From: Octopus sinensis
Taxonomy: Eukaryota
Direction of reading: 5' to 3'
Length of the DNA: 64,000 nucleotides
NCBI RefSeq assembly: GCF_006345805.1
Contig: NC_042999.1
Location: 61,938,001-62,002,000 of the forward strand
The notes below the pieces were generated by a model. It did no database searches. It saw only the letters and a program-made list of their open reading frames with translations, and was not told the origin of the DNA. The position numbers and the translations under genes were made by a program. This document shows, in pieces, positions 43,423-56,578 of the stretch (position 1 is the stretch's first letter; every line of letters starts with the position of its first letter).

Positions 43423-43598
43423 ACATCACTAGCCACTACACATTCTTTATTTTCTCTTTTTGTTTCTTTCTGTTATCCTTTCTGTAGGAGAGCGTACGTT
43501 CGAAACGTTAAAGACTTTTTCACTTCCCGAGCGTTAAACTAATAAAGCTGTTGTCTACACCACCTGTCTTTGTCTTTTGCTTTTTTTGTGAATTGTCC

Positions 43599-43600
<2 letters not shown>
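43423..43600 (+). mobile_element. Family P 3' end with degenerate hammerhead-like motif
   Basis: CTGTAGGA-GAGC-gtac-GTTC-GAAACGT-T-AAAGA; ends at (TA)n. Confidence 0.65.
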
Positions 43601-43636
<36 letters not shown>

Positions 43637-43708
43637 TATGTAGGTCCCGGGTTGATTCGGGGTTAACCACAGTAAATAAGGTACTCAATACATTGCAGAG
43701 TAAAATTA

Positions 43709-44386
43709 ATTTATTATATAGAAGGAGCTTCTACAGGACTAGAACTGTTTCATTCAAGAGAAATCTTCAGGAAGCTAGTTAACAAGAATTGTATTGGCAT
43801 TTATACATTTAGGCAGGTTTAAAGGGGTGTTGGTGGGGGACTTTTTGGGGGTAGGCATAGCGCAAAATATCATACTTGGGGGAGTGGTCAAGGAGTCAGT
43901 GTTAAATTAGATAGAAGAATAAATAAAAAAATAAAAAAATAAAAAAATATAAAAAAATAAAAAAATAAAAAAATATAAAAATATATATAAAAAAAAGGGA
44001 ATAGAGTTTTAGGTAAATAAGGAGATTCTCACTTATACCTATGCACATATGTATACATATATACACACACATACAAACATATATACATATACATACACAT
44101 ACATACACACACACATATACATATATATACACTTACACATACATATACATATCTACACATACACATATATGTATACATACACACACTCACATGCATACAC
44201 GTATACACACATGTATATATACACACACGACCACACATACATATACACACAGAAAAATATATATACACATACACACACATACTCACATACACGCATACAC
44301 ACACATATCCACACACACACATGCACACACAGCACACTAGTCCCTATATACACACATATATATATATATACACATACACACATATA
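43709..44386 (-). repeat. Left arm of the ~670-bp long inverted repeat (pLTR)
   Basis: Near-identical reverse complement of 55912-56584, including the cryptic (CA/TA) tract. Confidence 0.95.
43726..43776 (-). ncRNA. Type I hammerhead ribozyme in the pLTR (predicted)
   Basis: Minus strand AGCTTC-CTGAAGA-T-TTC-tctt-GAA-T-GAAA-CAG-ttctagtc-CT-GTA-GAAGCT: 6-bp stem I, canonical core, GUA site. Confidence 0.8.
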
Positions 44387-44401
44387 TACACACACATACA
44401 T

Positions 44402-44479
<78 letters not shown>

Positions 44480-45192
44480 GTGTACTTATGCATACCTACA
44501 CATGCACACATATATATACACATACAAATACAGACCCATTCCCTAATTTTAATTTTATTATCTTCATTTATTACTTTTGTTATCTTTGACCGCTGGTCGC
44601 AAACATCTTGGCTATGACAGCCAGTACATTTATCTGTCTACTGGAAAACAAGCACTCATTCACTCACGCACACTCTTTAGCACGTACACTCACTCATTCG
44701 TACACTTATACACATACACGCTCCCACGCGTTATATTCATACATACTTACATCTACATATATTCACGTATATACGCATACGTACGCATACCTACCGATTC
44801 ATGTCTACACTCTTAGAAGGCTAGTCTATACATATACACCAATAAATATAAATACACACACATACATATACACCTACATACAAATACATACATGTATACA
44901 CATATATATATATACATATTCACACATATATACACACATATATATATATATATACATATATATACATATATACACATATAATATATATACACACATACAC
45001 ATACATACATATACACACATACACATATCTACGTATACATACATACATACATCCATACATCCATACATACATACATTTATACACATACACACACCCACAC
45101 GTATACATATACAAACATATATATACGCGCCTGCATACACATACAAATACATACACATACGCATATACATATACATACATACATATACACAC

Positions 45193-45238
<46 letters not shown>

Positions 45239-45261
45239 TATATATATAATATATATATATA

Positions 45262-48200
45262 TAGTGGGTAAATGGCCTATTATGGCCGTTCCTTGATTGT
45301 GATGTTGAACTTAATAATGGTCTATGACTATTTAATTTTTTCCCACTAGGCCGCTGGTGGCAAAAAAATTCTACAAAATTTTTTGCCACCCTATATTGAT
45401 TAATTATGAATTTTCTGGTTAATTCCGTAATGGAATCGGCGGCTTATATTTATTGGCTGCCGATAAATTTGGCGCGAGTGCGATGATTTGAAAATTTTAG
45501 GTCAGATATTGCCGAGGCAGGGACGGAAATGCCTCGTGAAAAATATCTGTTCCGACTTGGCTATTTCTTACTGATGATTTCTAAGGCCTATGGTAGATTG
45601 GCTTGATTTAATTTAATCAGGTAGTTTACCATTAAACAGTAGATGAAACGGTGCATCGTATAAGAAATACAGGGTAAATGTTTTTTAATTTTCTCCTGGT
45701 TTACGGAATTGATGTTATTTTGCGGTTGAAGCTTTTGGCTATTATTTCTAGTGGGTGAATGGCCTATTATGGCCGTTCTTGATTGTGATGTTGAACTTAA
45801 TAATGGTCTATGACTATTTAATTTTTTCCCACTAGGCCGCTGGTGGCAAAAAAATTCTACAAAATTTTTGCCACCCTATATTGATTAATTATGAATTTTC
45901 TGGTTAATTCCGTAATGGAATCGGCGGCTTATATTATTGGCTGCCGATAAATTTGGCGCGAGTGCGATGATTTGAAAATTTTAGGTCAGATATTGCCGAG
46001 GCAGGGACGGAAATGCCTCGTGAAAAATATCTGTTCCGACTTGGCTATTTCTTACTGATGATTCTAAGGGCCTATGGTAGATTGGCTTGATTTAATTTAA
46101 TCAGGTTAGTTTACCATTAAACAGTAGATGGAAACGGTGCATCGTATAAGAAATTACAGGGTAAATTTTTTTTTAATTTTCTCCTGGTTTACGGAATTGA
46201 TGTTATTTTGCGGTTGAAGCTTTTGGCTGTTATTTCTAGTGGGTGAATGGCCTATTATGGCCGTTCCTTGATTGTGATGTTGAACTTAATAATGGTCTAT
46301 GACTATTTAATTTTTTCCCACTAGGCGCTGGTGGCAAAAAAATTCTACAAAATTTTTTGGCACCTATATGATTAATTATGAATTTTCTGGTTAATTCCGT
46401 AATGGAATCGGCGGCTTATATTTATTGGCTGCCGATAAATTTGGCGCGAGTGCGATGATTTGAAAATTTAGGTCAGATATTGCCGAGGCAGGGACGGAAA
46501 TGCCTCGTGAAAAATATCTGTTCCGACTGCTATTTCTTACTGATGATTCTAAGGGCCTATGGTAGATTGGCTTGATTTAATTTAATCAGGTTAGTTTACC
46601 ATTAAACAGTAGATGAAACGGTGCATCGTATAAGAAATTACAGGGTAAATGTTTTTTAATTTTCTCTGGTTTACGGAATTGATTTATTTTGCGGTTGAAG
46701 CTTTGGCTGTTATTTCTAGTGGGTGAATGGCCTATTATGGCCGTTCCTTGATTGTGATATTGAACTTAATAATGGTCTATGACTATTTAATTTTTTCCCA
46801 CTAGGCCGCTGGTGGCAAAAAATTCTACAAAATTTTTTGCCACCTATATTGATTAATTATGAATTTTCTGGTTAATTCCGTAATGGAAATTGCGGCTTAT
46901 ATTTATTGGCTGCCGATAAATTTGGCGCGAGTGCGATGATTTGAAAATTTTAGGTCAGATATTGCCGAGGCAGGGACGGAAATGCCTCGTGAAAAATATC
47001 TGTTCCGACTTGGCTATTTCTTACTGATGATTCTAAGGGCCTATGGTAGATTGGCTTGATTTAATTTAATCAGGTTAGTTTACCATTAAACAGTAGATGA
47101 AACGGTGCATCGTATAAGAAATTACAGGGTAAATGTTTTTTAATTTTCTCCTGGTTTACGGAATTGATGTTATTTTGCGGTTGAAGATTTTGGCTGTTAT
47201 TTCTAGTGGGTGAATGGCCTATTATGGCCGTTCCTTGATTGTGATATTGAACTTAATAATGGTCTATGACTATTTAATTTTTTCCCACTAGGCCGCTGGT
47301 GGCAAAAAAATTCTACAAAATTTTTTGCCACCCTATATTGATTAATTATGAATTTTCTGGTTAATTCCGTAATGGAAATTGCGGCTTATATTTATTGGCT
47401 GCCGATAAATTTGGCGCGAGTGCGATGATTTGAAAATTTTAGGTCAGATATTGCCGAGGCAGGGACGGAAATGCCTCGTGAAAAATATCTGTTCCGACTT
47501 GGCTATTTCTTACTGATGATTCTAAGGGCCTATGGTAGATTGGCTTGATTTAATTTAATCAGGTTAGTTTACCATTAAACAGTAGATGAAACGGTGCATC
47601 GTATAAGAAATTACAGGGTAAATGTTTTTTAATTTTCTCCTGGTTTACGGAATTGATGTTATTTTGCGGTTGAAGCTTTTGGCTGTTATTTCTAGTGGGT
47701 GAATGGCCTATTATGGCCGTTCCTTGATTGTGATGTTGAACTTAATAATGGTCTATGACTATTTAATTTTTTCCCACTAGGCCGCTTGGTGGCAAAAAAA
47801 TTCTACAAAATTTTTTGCCACCCTATATTGATTAATTATGAATTTTCTGGTTAATTCCGTAATGGAAATTGCGGCTTATATATTGGCTGCCGATAAATTT
47901 GGCGCGAGTGCGATGATTTGAAAATTTTAGGTCAGATATTGCCGAGGCAGGGACGGAAATGCCTCGTGAAAAATATCTGTTCCACTTGGCTATTTCTTAC
48001 TGATGATTCTAAGGGCCTATGGTAGATTGGCTTGATTTAATTTAATCAGGTTAGTTTACCATTAAACAGTAGATGAAACGGTGCATCGTATAAGAAATTA
48101 CAGGGTAAATGTTTTTTAATTTTCTCCTGGTTTACGGAATTGATGTTATTTTGCGGTTGAAGCTTTTGGCTGTTATTTCTAGTGGGTGAATGGCCTATTA

Positions 48201-51200
48201 TGGCCGTTCCTTGATTGTGATGTTGAACTTAATAATGGTCTATGACTATTTAATTTTTTCCCACTAGGCCGCTGGTGGCAAAAAAATTCTACAAAATTTT
48301 TTGCCACCCTATATTGATTAATTATGAATTTTCTGGTTAATTCCGTAATGGAATCGGCGGCTTATATTTATTGGCTGCCGATAAATTTGGCGCGAGTGCG
48401 ATGATTTGAAAATTTTAGGTCAGATATTGCCGAGGCAGGGACGGAAATGCCTCGTGACAATATCTGTTCCGACTTGGCTATTTCTTACTGATGATTCTAA
48501 GGGCCTATGGTAGATTGGCTTGATTTAATTTAATCAGGTTAGTTTACCATTAAACAGTAGATGAAACGGTGCATCGTAAGAAATTACAGGGTAAATGTTT
48601 TTTAATTTTCTCCTGGTTTACGGAATTGATGTTATTTTGCGGTTGAAGCTTTTGGCTGTTATTTCTAGTGGGTGAATGGCCTATTATGGCCGTTCCTTGA
48701 TTGTGATGTTGAACTTAATAATGGTCTATGACTATTAATTTTTTCCCACTAGGCCGCTGGTGGCAAAAAAATTCTACAAAATTTTTTGCCACCCTATATT
48801 GATTATTATGAATTTTCTGGTTAATTCGTAATGGAATCGGCGGCTTATATTTATTGGCTGCCGATAAATTTGGCGCGAGTGCGATGATTTGAAAATTTTA
48901 GGTCAGATATTGCCGAGGCAGGGACGGAAATGCCTCGTGAAAAATATCTGTTCCGACTTGGCTATTTCTTACTGATGATTCTAAGGGCCTATGGTAGATT
49001 GGCTTGATTTAATTTAATCAGGTTAGTTTACCATTAAACAGTAGATGAAACGGTGCATCGTATAAGAAATTACAGGGTAAATGTTTTTTAATTTTCCTGG
49101 TTTACGGAATTGATGTTATTTTGCGGTTGAAGCTTTTGGCTGTTATTTCTAGTGGGTGAATGGCCTATTATGGCCGTTCCTTGATTGTGATGTTGAACTT
49201 AATAATGGTCTATGACTATTTAATTTTTTCCCACTAGGCCGCTGGTGGCAAAAAAATTCTACAAAATTTTTTGCCACCCTATATTGATTAATTATGAATT
49301 TTCTGGTTAATTCCGTAATGGAATCGGCGGCTTATATTTATTGGCTGCCGATAAATTTGGCGCGAGTGCGATGATTTGAAAATTTTAGGTCAGATATTGC
49401 CGAGGCAGGGACGGAAATGCCTCGTGAAAATATCTGTTCCGACTTGGCTATTTCTTACTGATGATTCTAAGGGCCTATGTAGATTGGCTTGATTAATTTA
49501 ATCAGGTTAGTTTACCATTAAACAGTAGATGAAACGGTGCATCGTATAAGAAATTACAGGGTAAATGTTTTTTAATTTTCTCCTGGTTTACGGAATTGAT
49601 GTTATTTTGCGGTTGAAGCTTTTGGTGCTGTTATTTCTAGTGGGTGAATGGCCTATTATGGCCGTTCCTTGATTGTGATGTTGAACTTAATAATGGTCTA
49701 TGACTATTTAATTTTTTCCCACTAGGCCGCTGGTGGCAAAAAAATTCTACAAAATTTTTTGCCACCCTATATTGATTAATTATGAATTTTCTGGTTAATT
49801 CCGTAATGGAATCGGCGGCTTATATTTATTGGCTGCCGATAAATTTGGCGCGAGTGCGATGATTTGAAAATTTTAGGTCAGATATTGCCGAGGCAGGGAC
49901 GGAAATGCCTCGTGAAAAATATCTGTTCCGACTTGGCTATTTCTTACTGATGATTCTAAGGGCCTATGGTAGATTGGCTTGATTTAATTTAATCAGGTTA
50001 GTTTACCATTAAACAGTAGATGAAACGGTGCATCGTATAAGAAATTACAGGGTAAATGTTTTTTAATTTTCTCCTGGTTTACGGAATTGATGTTATTTTG
50101 CGGTTGAAGCTTTTGGCTGTTATTTCTAGTGGGTGAATGGCCTATTATGGCCGTTCCTTGATTGTGATGTTGAACTTAATAATGGTCTATGACTATTAAT
50201 TTTTGCCCACTAGGCCGCTGGTGGCAAAAAAAATTCTACAAAATTTTTTGCCACCCTATATTGATTAATTATGAATTTTCTGGTTAATTCCGTAATGGAA
50301 TCGGCGGCTTATATTTATTGGCTGCCGATAAATTTGGCGCGAGTGCGATGATTTGAAAATTTTAGGTCAGATATTGCCGAGGTAGGGACGGAAATGCCTC
50401 GTGAAAAATATCTGTTCCGACTTGGCTATTTCTTACTGATGATTCTAAGGGCCTACGGTAGATTGGCTTGATCTAATTTAATCAGGTTAGTTTACCATTA
50501 AACAGTAGATGAAACGGTGCATCGTATAAGAAATTACAGGGTAAATGTTTTTTAATTTTCTCCTGGTTTACGGAATTGATGTTATTTTGCGGTTGAAGCT
50601 TTGGCTGTTATTTCTAGGGTGAATGGCCTATTATGGCCGTTCCTTGATTGTGATATTGAACTTAATAATGGTCTATGACTATTTAATTTTTTCCCACTAG
50701 GCCGCTGGTGGCAAAAAAATTCTACAAAATTTTTTGCCACCCTATATGATTAATTATGAATTTTCTGGTTAATTCCGTAATGGAAATTGCGTCTTATATT
50801 TATTGGCTGCCGATAAATTTGGCGCGAGTGCGATGATTTGAAAATTTTAGGTCAGATATTGCCGAGGCAGGGACGGAAATGCCTCGTGAAAAATATCTGT
50901 TCCGACTTGGCTATTTCTTACTGATGATTCTAAGGGCTATGGTAGATTGGCTTGATTTAATTTAATCAGGTTAGTTTACCATTAAACAGTAGATGATGAA
51001 ACGGTGCATCGTATAAGAAATTACAGGGTAAATGTTTTTTAATTTTCTCCTGGTTTACGGAATTGATGTTATTTTGCGGTTGAAGCTTTTGGCTGTTATT
51101 TCTAGTGGGTGAATGGCCTATTATGGCCGTTCCTTGATTGTGATGTTGAATTAATAATGGTCTATGACTATTTAATTTTTTCCCACTAGGCCGCTGGTGG

Positions 51201-53562
51201 CAAAAAAATTCTACAAAATTTTTTGCCACCCTATATTGATTAATTATGAATTTTTGGTTAATTCCCTAATGGAATCGGCGGCTTATATTTATTGGCTGCC
51301 GATAAATTTGGCGCGAGTGCGATGATTTGAAAATTTTAGGTCAGATATTGCCGAGGCAGGGACGGAAATGCCTCGTGAAAAATATCTGTTCCGACTTGGC
51401 TATTTCTTACTGATGATTCTAAGGGCCTATGGTAGATTGGCTTGATTTAATTTAATCAGGTTAGTTTACCATTAAACAGTGGATGAAACGGTGCATCGTA
51501 TAAGAAATTACAGGGTAAATGTTTTTTAATTTTCTCCTGGTTTACGGAATTGATGTTATTTTGCGGTTGAAGCTTTTGGCTGTTATTTCTAGTGGGTGAA
51601 TGGCCTATTATGGCCGTTCCTTGATTGTGATGTTGAACTTAATAATGGTCTATGACTATTTAATTTTTTCCCACTAGGGCCGCGGGTGCCAAAAAATTCT
51701 ACAAAATTTTTTGCCAACTATATTGATTAATTATGAATTTTCTGGTTAATTCCGTAATGGAATTGCGGCTTATATTTATTGGCTGCCGATAAATTGGCGC
51801 GAGTGCGATGATTTGAAAATTTTAGGTCAGATATTGCCGAGGCAGGGACGGAAATGCCTCGTGAAAAATATCTGTTCCGACTTGGCTATTTCTTACTGAT
51901 GATTCTAAGGGCCTATGGTAGATTGGCTTGATTTAATTTAATCAGGTTAGTTTACCATTAAACAGTAGATGAAACGGTGCATCGTATAAGAAATTACAGG
52001 GTAAATGTTTTTTAATTTTCTCTGGTTTACGGAATTGATGTTATTTTGCGGTTGAAGCTTTTGGCTGTTATTTCTAGTGGGTGAATGGCCTATTATGGCC
52101 GTTCCTTGATTGTGATGTTGAACTAATAATGGTCTATGACTATTTAATTTTTTCCCACTAGGCCGCTGGTGGCAAAAAAATTCTACAAAATTTTTTGGCA
52201 CCCTATATTGATTAATTATGAATTTTCTGGTTAATTCCGTAATGGAATCGGCGGCTTATATTTATTGGCTGCCGATAAATTTGGCGCGAGTGCGATGATT
52301 TGAAAATTTTAGGTCAGATATTGCCGAGACAGGGACGGAAATGCCTCGTGAAAAATATCTGTTCCGACTTGGCTATTTCTTACTGATGATTCTAAGGGCA
52401 TATGGTAGATTGGCTTGATTTAATTTAATCAGGTTAGTTTACCATTAAACAGTAGATGAAACGGTGCATCGTATAAGAAATTACAGGGTAAATGTTTTTT
52501 AATTTTCTCCTGGTTTACGGAATTGATGTTATTTTGCGGTTGAAGCTTTTGGCTGTTATTTCTAGTGGGTGAATGGCCTATTATGGCCGTTCCTTGATTG
52601 TGATGTTGAACTTAAAATGGTCTATGACTATTTAATTTTTTCCCACTAGGCCGCTGGTGGCAAAAAAATTCTACAAAATTTTTTGCCACCCTATATTGAT
52701 TAATTATGAATTTTCTGGTTAATTCCGTAATGGAATCGGCGGCTTATATTTATTGCTGCCGATAAATTTGGCGCGAGTGCGATGATTTGAAAATTTTAGG
52801 TCAGATATTGCCGAGGCAGGGACGGAAATGCCTCGTGAAAAATATCTGTTCCGACTTGGCTATTTCTTACTGATGATTCTAAGGGCCTATGGTAGATTGG
52901 CTTGATTTAATTTAATCAGGTTAGTTTACCATTAAACAGTAGATGAAACGGTGCATCGTATAAGAAATTACAGGTAAATGTTTTTTAATTTTCTCCTGGT
53001 TTACGGAATTGATGTTATTTTGCGGTTGAAGCTTTTGGCTGTTATTTCTAGTGGGTGAATGGCCTATTATGGCCGTTCCTTGATTGTGATGTTGAACTTA
53101 ATAATGGTCTATGACTATTTAATTTTTTCCCACTAGGCCGCTGGTGGCAAAAAAATTCTACAAAATTTTTTGCCACCCTATATTGATTAATTATGAATTT
53201 TCTGGTTAATTCCGTAATGGAAATTGCGGCTTATATTTATTGGCTGCCGATAAATTTGGCGCGAGTGCGATGATTTGAAAATTTTAGGTCAGGGACGGAA
53301 ATGCCTCGTGAAAAATATCTGTTCCGACTTGGCTATTTCTTACTGATGATTCTAAGGGCCTATGGTAGATTGGCTTGATTTAATTTAATCAGGTTAGTTT
53401 ACCATTAAACAGTAGATGAAACGGTGCATCGTATAAGAAATTACAGGGTAAATGTTTTTTAATTTTCTCCTGGTTTACGGAATTGATGTTATTTTGCGGT
53501 TGAAGCTTTTGGCTGTTATTTCTAGTGGGTGAATGGCCTATTATGGCCGTTCCTTGATTGTG

Positions 53563-53564
<2 letters not shown>
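45262..53564 (+). repeat. Tandem array of 17 full ~487-bp units plus a ~42-bp partial unit; retrozyme-like
   Basis: Unit starts (TAGTGGG) at 45262, 45749, 46237, 46717, 47204, 47693, 48180, 48666, 49150, 49638, 50127, 50615, 51103, 51590, 52075, 52563, 53049, 53523; flanked by (TA)n on both sides. Confidence 0.97.
47016..47122 (+). ncRNA. Type I hammerhead ribozyme with extended stem II (unit 4 shown; one per array unit; predicted)
   Basis: Stem I ATTTCTTA/TAAGAAAT (8 bp); core CTGATGA 47024-47030; GAAA 47099-47102; quasi-palindromic stem III ACGGTGCATCGT; GUA 47112-47114, predicted cleavage after 47114. Confidence 0.82.
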
Positions 53565-53599
<35 letters not shown>

Positions 53600-54010
53600 A
53601 TATTATATATATATATTATATATATATATATATATACATATATATACATACACACACATACATATACATACATACATATACAAATATACGCACACACATA
53701 CATACATACTCATATACACATACACATGTACATGCGTACCCATACACACACACACACGCGCGCATCCATATATACACATAAGTACACACATGCGTAAAAG
53801 TATACATATATCTATCCTTACACATACACACACACACACGCCTCCTTATATTCATACTTACATGCATACTCAAAAAGTAAGTACATAGCAAAATATATAT
53901 ACGCGCAGTTATTCATACATGCATACTCAAAAAATAAATAATAAATATTAAGTATATGTACGTGCAGTTACCTATTATATAGACGGATACATACATATAA
54001 ACTTACACAC

Positions 54011-54066
<56 letters not shown>

Positions 54067-54315
54067 CATATATACACACACATATACATATACATACATA
54101 CATATATGCATACATACACACACACACACATATACACATATATATATATATACATACTTACACACATGTACAAATACATACACACATAGATAACTCTACG
54201 TACCTACATATACATAAACACACGAGCGTACACGTATATGTACATATACACAGACACATACACACGCATATATATACATACATACATACACACATACATA
54301 CATATATGCATACAT

Positions 54316-54357
<42 letters not shown>

Positions 54358-54628
54358 TATACATATATATATACATATATATACATATACACACACATAT
54401 ACATGTGTGCAAACATACATACATACTCATACACGCACACACACTTACATATACATATATACACACACTTACACACATATATACATACACATATACATAC
54501 ATACATACATACATATATGCATACATACACACACACATATATATATACATACATACACATACACATACCTATACATATATATACACACATATATACACAT
54601 GCACATACTTATATCTCTACATACTCGC

Positions 54629-54668
<40 letters not shown>

Positions 54669-54900
54669 ATACATATACCTATATACATGTATATATACAC
54701 ACACATATATATACACATCTACAATTTGTATCTACACTCACATACATGCACATACACATATCTCTACATACCTACATATACATCGACATACTCGCGTACA
54801 CTCATGTATATACACATATATACATATACACACACACATACATATACATATACACATATATATATAAATATATGCATAATACACATATAAACACACATAC

Positions 54901-54935
<35 letters not shown>

Positions 54936-55572
54936 TATATATCTATATATACATATATACATATACATACACATATACATACGTGTACATATACATATAT
55001 ATACACATATATACACACACATACATATATCAACAATTGAGGGTAAAGTTAATTAGTTATTAATCAATTTCACCAAATATTCAGTATGTAAAAGGACCAT
55101 TATTTTTTTGAGTAAACAATGTCTGAGGGAAAATATTCTCTAAGTAGTGGAAGAGGCTAAAAAACTTTTTTGGTTGCTATTTCTAGAAAGTTCAGTCTGT
55201 GGCAAATTAATTTATTTTACTAAGCCCTAATTATATAATATTTTGTGCATACATACACATACATACACACATACATATACACATACATATGCATACACAC
55301 ATATATACACATATACATATATACATATATACACACCCACACACACACACACGTACATACATATATATATATATCTTTTTTTACATACATACACACACAC
55401 ACACACACATAATACATGCGTATATTCCTACTATACCCATACATTTCTATACATATATACGATACACATATACAAGCGTGCACATACAATATGTAAAAGG
55501 TCTTAGGAGAAAAGGTAATCGGGGGTGCTAGGGGAACGGTGGGATTGGGGGGGTTTTGTGGGTGGGGTGTCA

Positions 55573-55905
55573 TCAATCTGGTTGCCGGGTAGGTCTATAG
55601 TTCTTGTAGTTCGCATACTTCTTATGCATGCAATTTGGGGAGTGTTCTGAGATTTTGTTAAGGAGAGGGCCTTTGGCGAACAAGATCTCTAGGCTCTCCG
55701 ATATGCAGAGGTCACAGCAGGTATGGCCTCCTGTGTACGAGCGCGCCTTCTGTAGTAGTTTCCACTTGGTCTTGAAGGGGATGGAGTTCCTTTTAAGGTA
55801 CCAGATATGGGCGGCGAGGGTAGTTTGGTTGGATTTATCCTGTCGCCGGAACGAGTGTGTGTGTGCGTACCAACGGGTCTTAAAGCTGTTTGACGTCATT
55901 CCGAT
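55573..55905 (-). pseudogene. PLE GIY-YIG endonuclease C-terminal fragment (probably Naiad-type)
   Basis: IGMTSNSFKTRWYAHTHSF...TTLAAHIWYLK...WKLLQKARSY...CDLCISESLEI...LLNKISE...CMHKK; truncated at the YIG motif. Clade assignment is from memory of the motif. Confidence 0.85.
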
Positions 55906-55911
55906 GACGTC

Positions 55912-56578
55912 ATATATGTGTGTATGTGTATATATATATGTGTATATAGGGACTAGTGTGCTGTGTGTGCATGTGTGTGTGTGGATATGTGTGTGTATGC
56001 GTGTATGTGAGTATGTGTGTGTATGTGTATATATATTTTTCTGTGTGTATATGTATGTGTGGTCGTGTGTGTATATATACATGTGTGTATACGTGTATGC
56101 ATGTGAGTGTGTGTATGTATACATATATGTGTATGTGTAGATATGTATATGTATGTGTAAGTGTATATATATGTATATATGTGTGTGTGTATGTATGTGT
56201 GTATGTATATGTATATGTTTGTATGTGTGTGTATATATGTATACATATGTGCATAGGTATAAGTGAGAATCTCCTTATTTACCTAAAACTCTATTCCCTT
56301 TTTTTATATATATTTTTTTATTTTTTTATTTTTTTATTTTTTATATTTTTTTATTTTTTTATTTTTTTATTTATTCTTCTATCTAATTTAACACTGACTC
56401 CTTGACCACTCCCCCAAGTATGATATTTTGCGCTATGCCTACCCCCAAAAAGTCCCCCACCAACACCCCTTTAAACCTGCCTAAATGTATAAATGCCAAT
56501 ACAATTCTTGTTAACTAGCTTCCTGAAGATTTCTCTTGAATGAAACAGTTCTTGTCCTGTAGAAGCTCCTTCTATATA

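Noticed and set aside
45262-45748. Second ribozyme on the minus strand of the array unit (viroid-like ambisense design)
   Set aside because: No CUGANGA core on the minus strand, and I could not fold a twister or HDV-like motif by eye; a descriptor search would be needed to exclude it fully
45262-53564. Array as CRISPR, rDNA/5S, snRNA or protein-coding repeat (MAKNFVEFF... ORFs; Sm-like AATTTTAGG)
   Set aside because: Units are near-identical with no unique spacers and do not resemble 5S, SL or U snRNAs as I know them; the short minus-strand ORFs appear only in units with indels
55573-55905. Selenocysteine read-through as reported for some Naiad PLEs
   Set aside because: The visible fragment has no in-frame internal TGA
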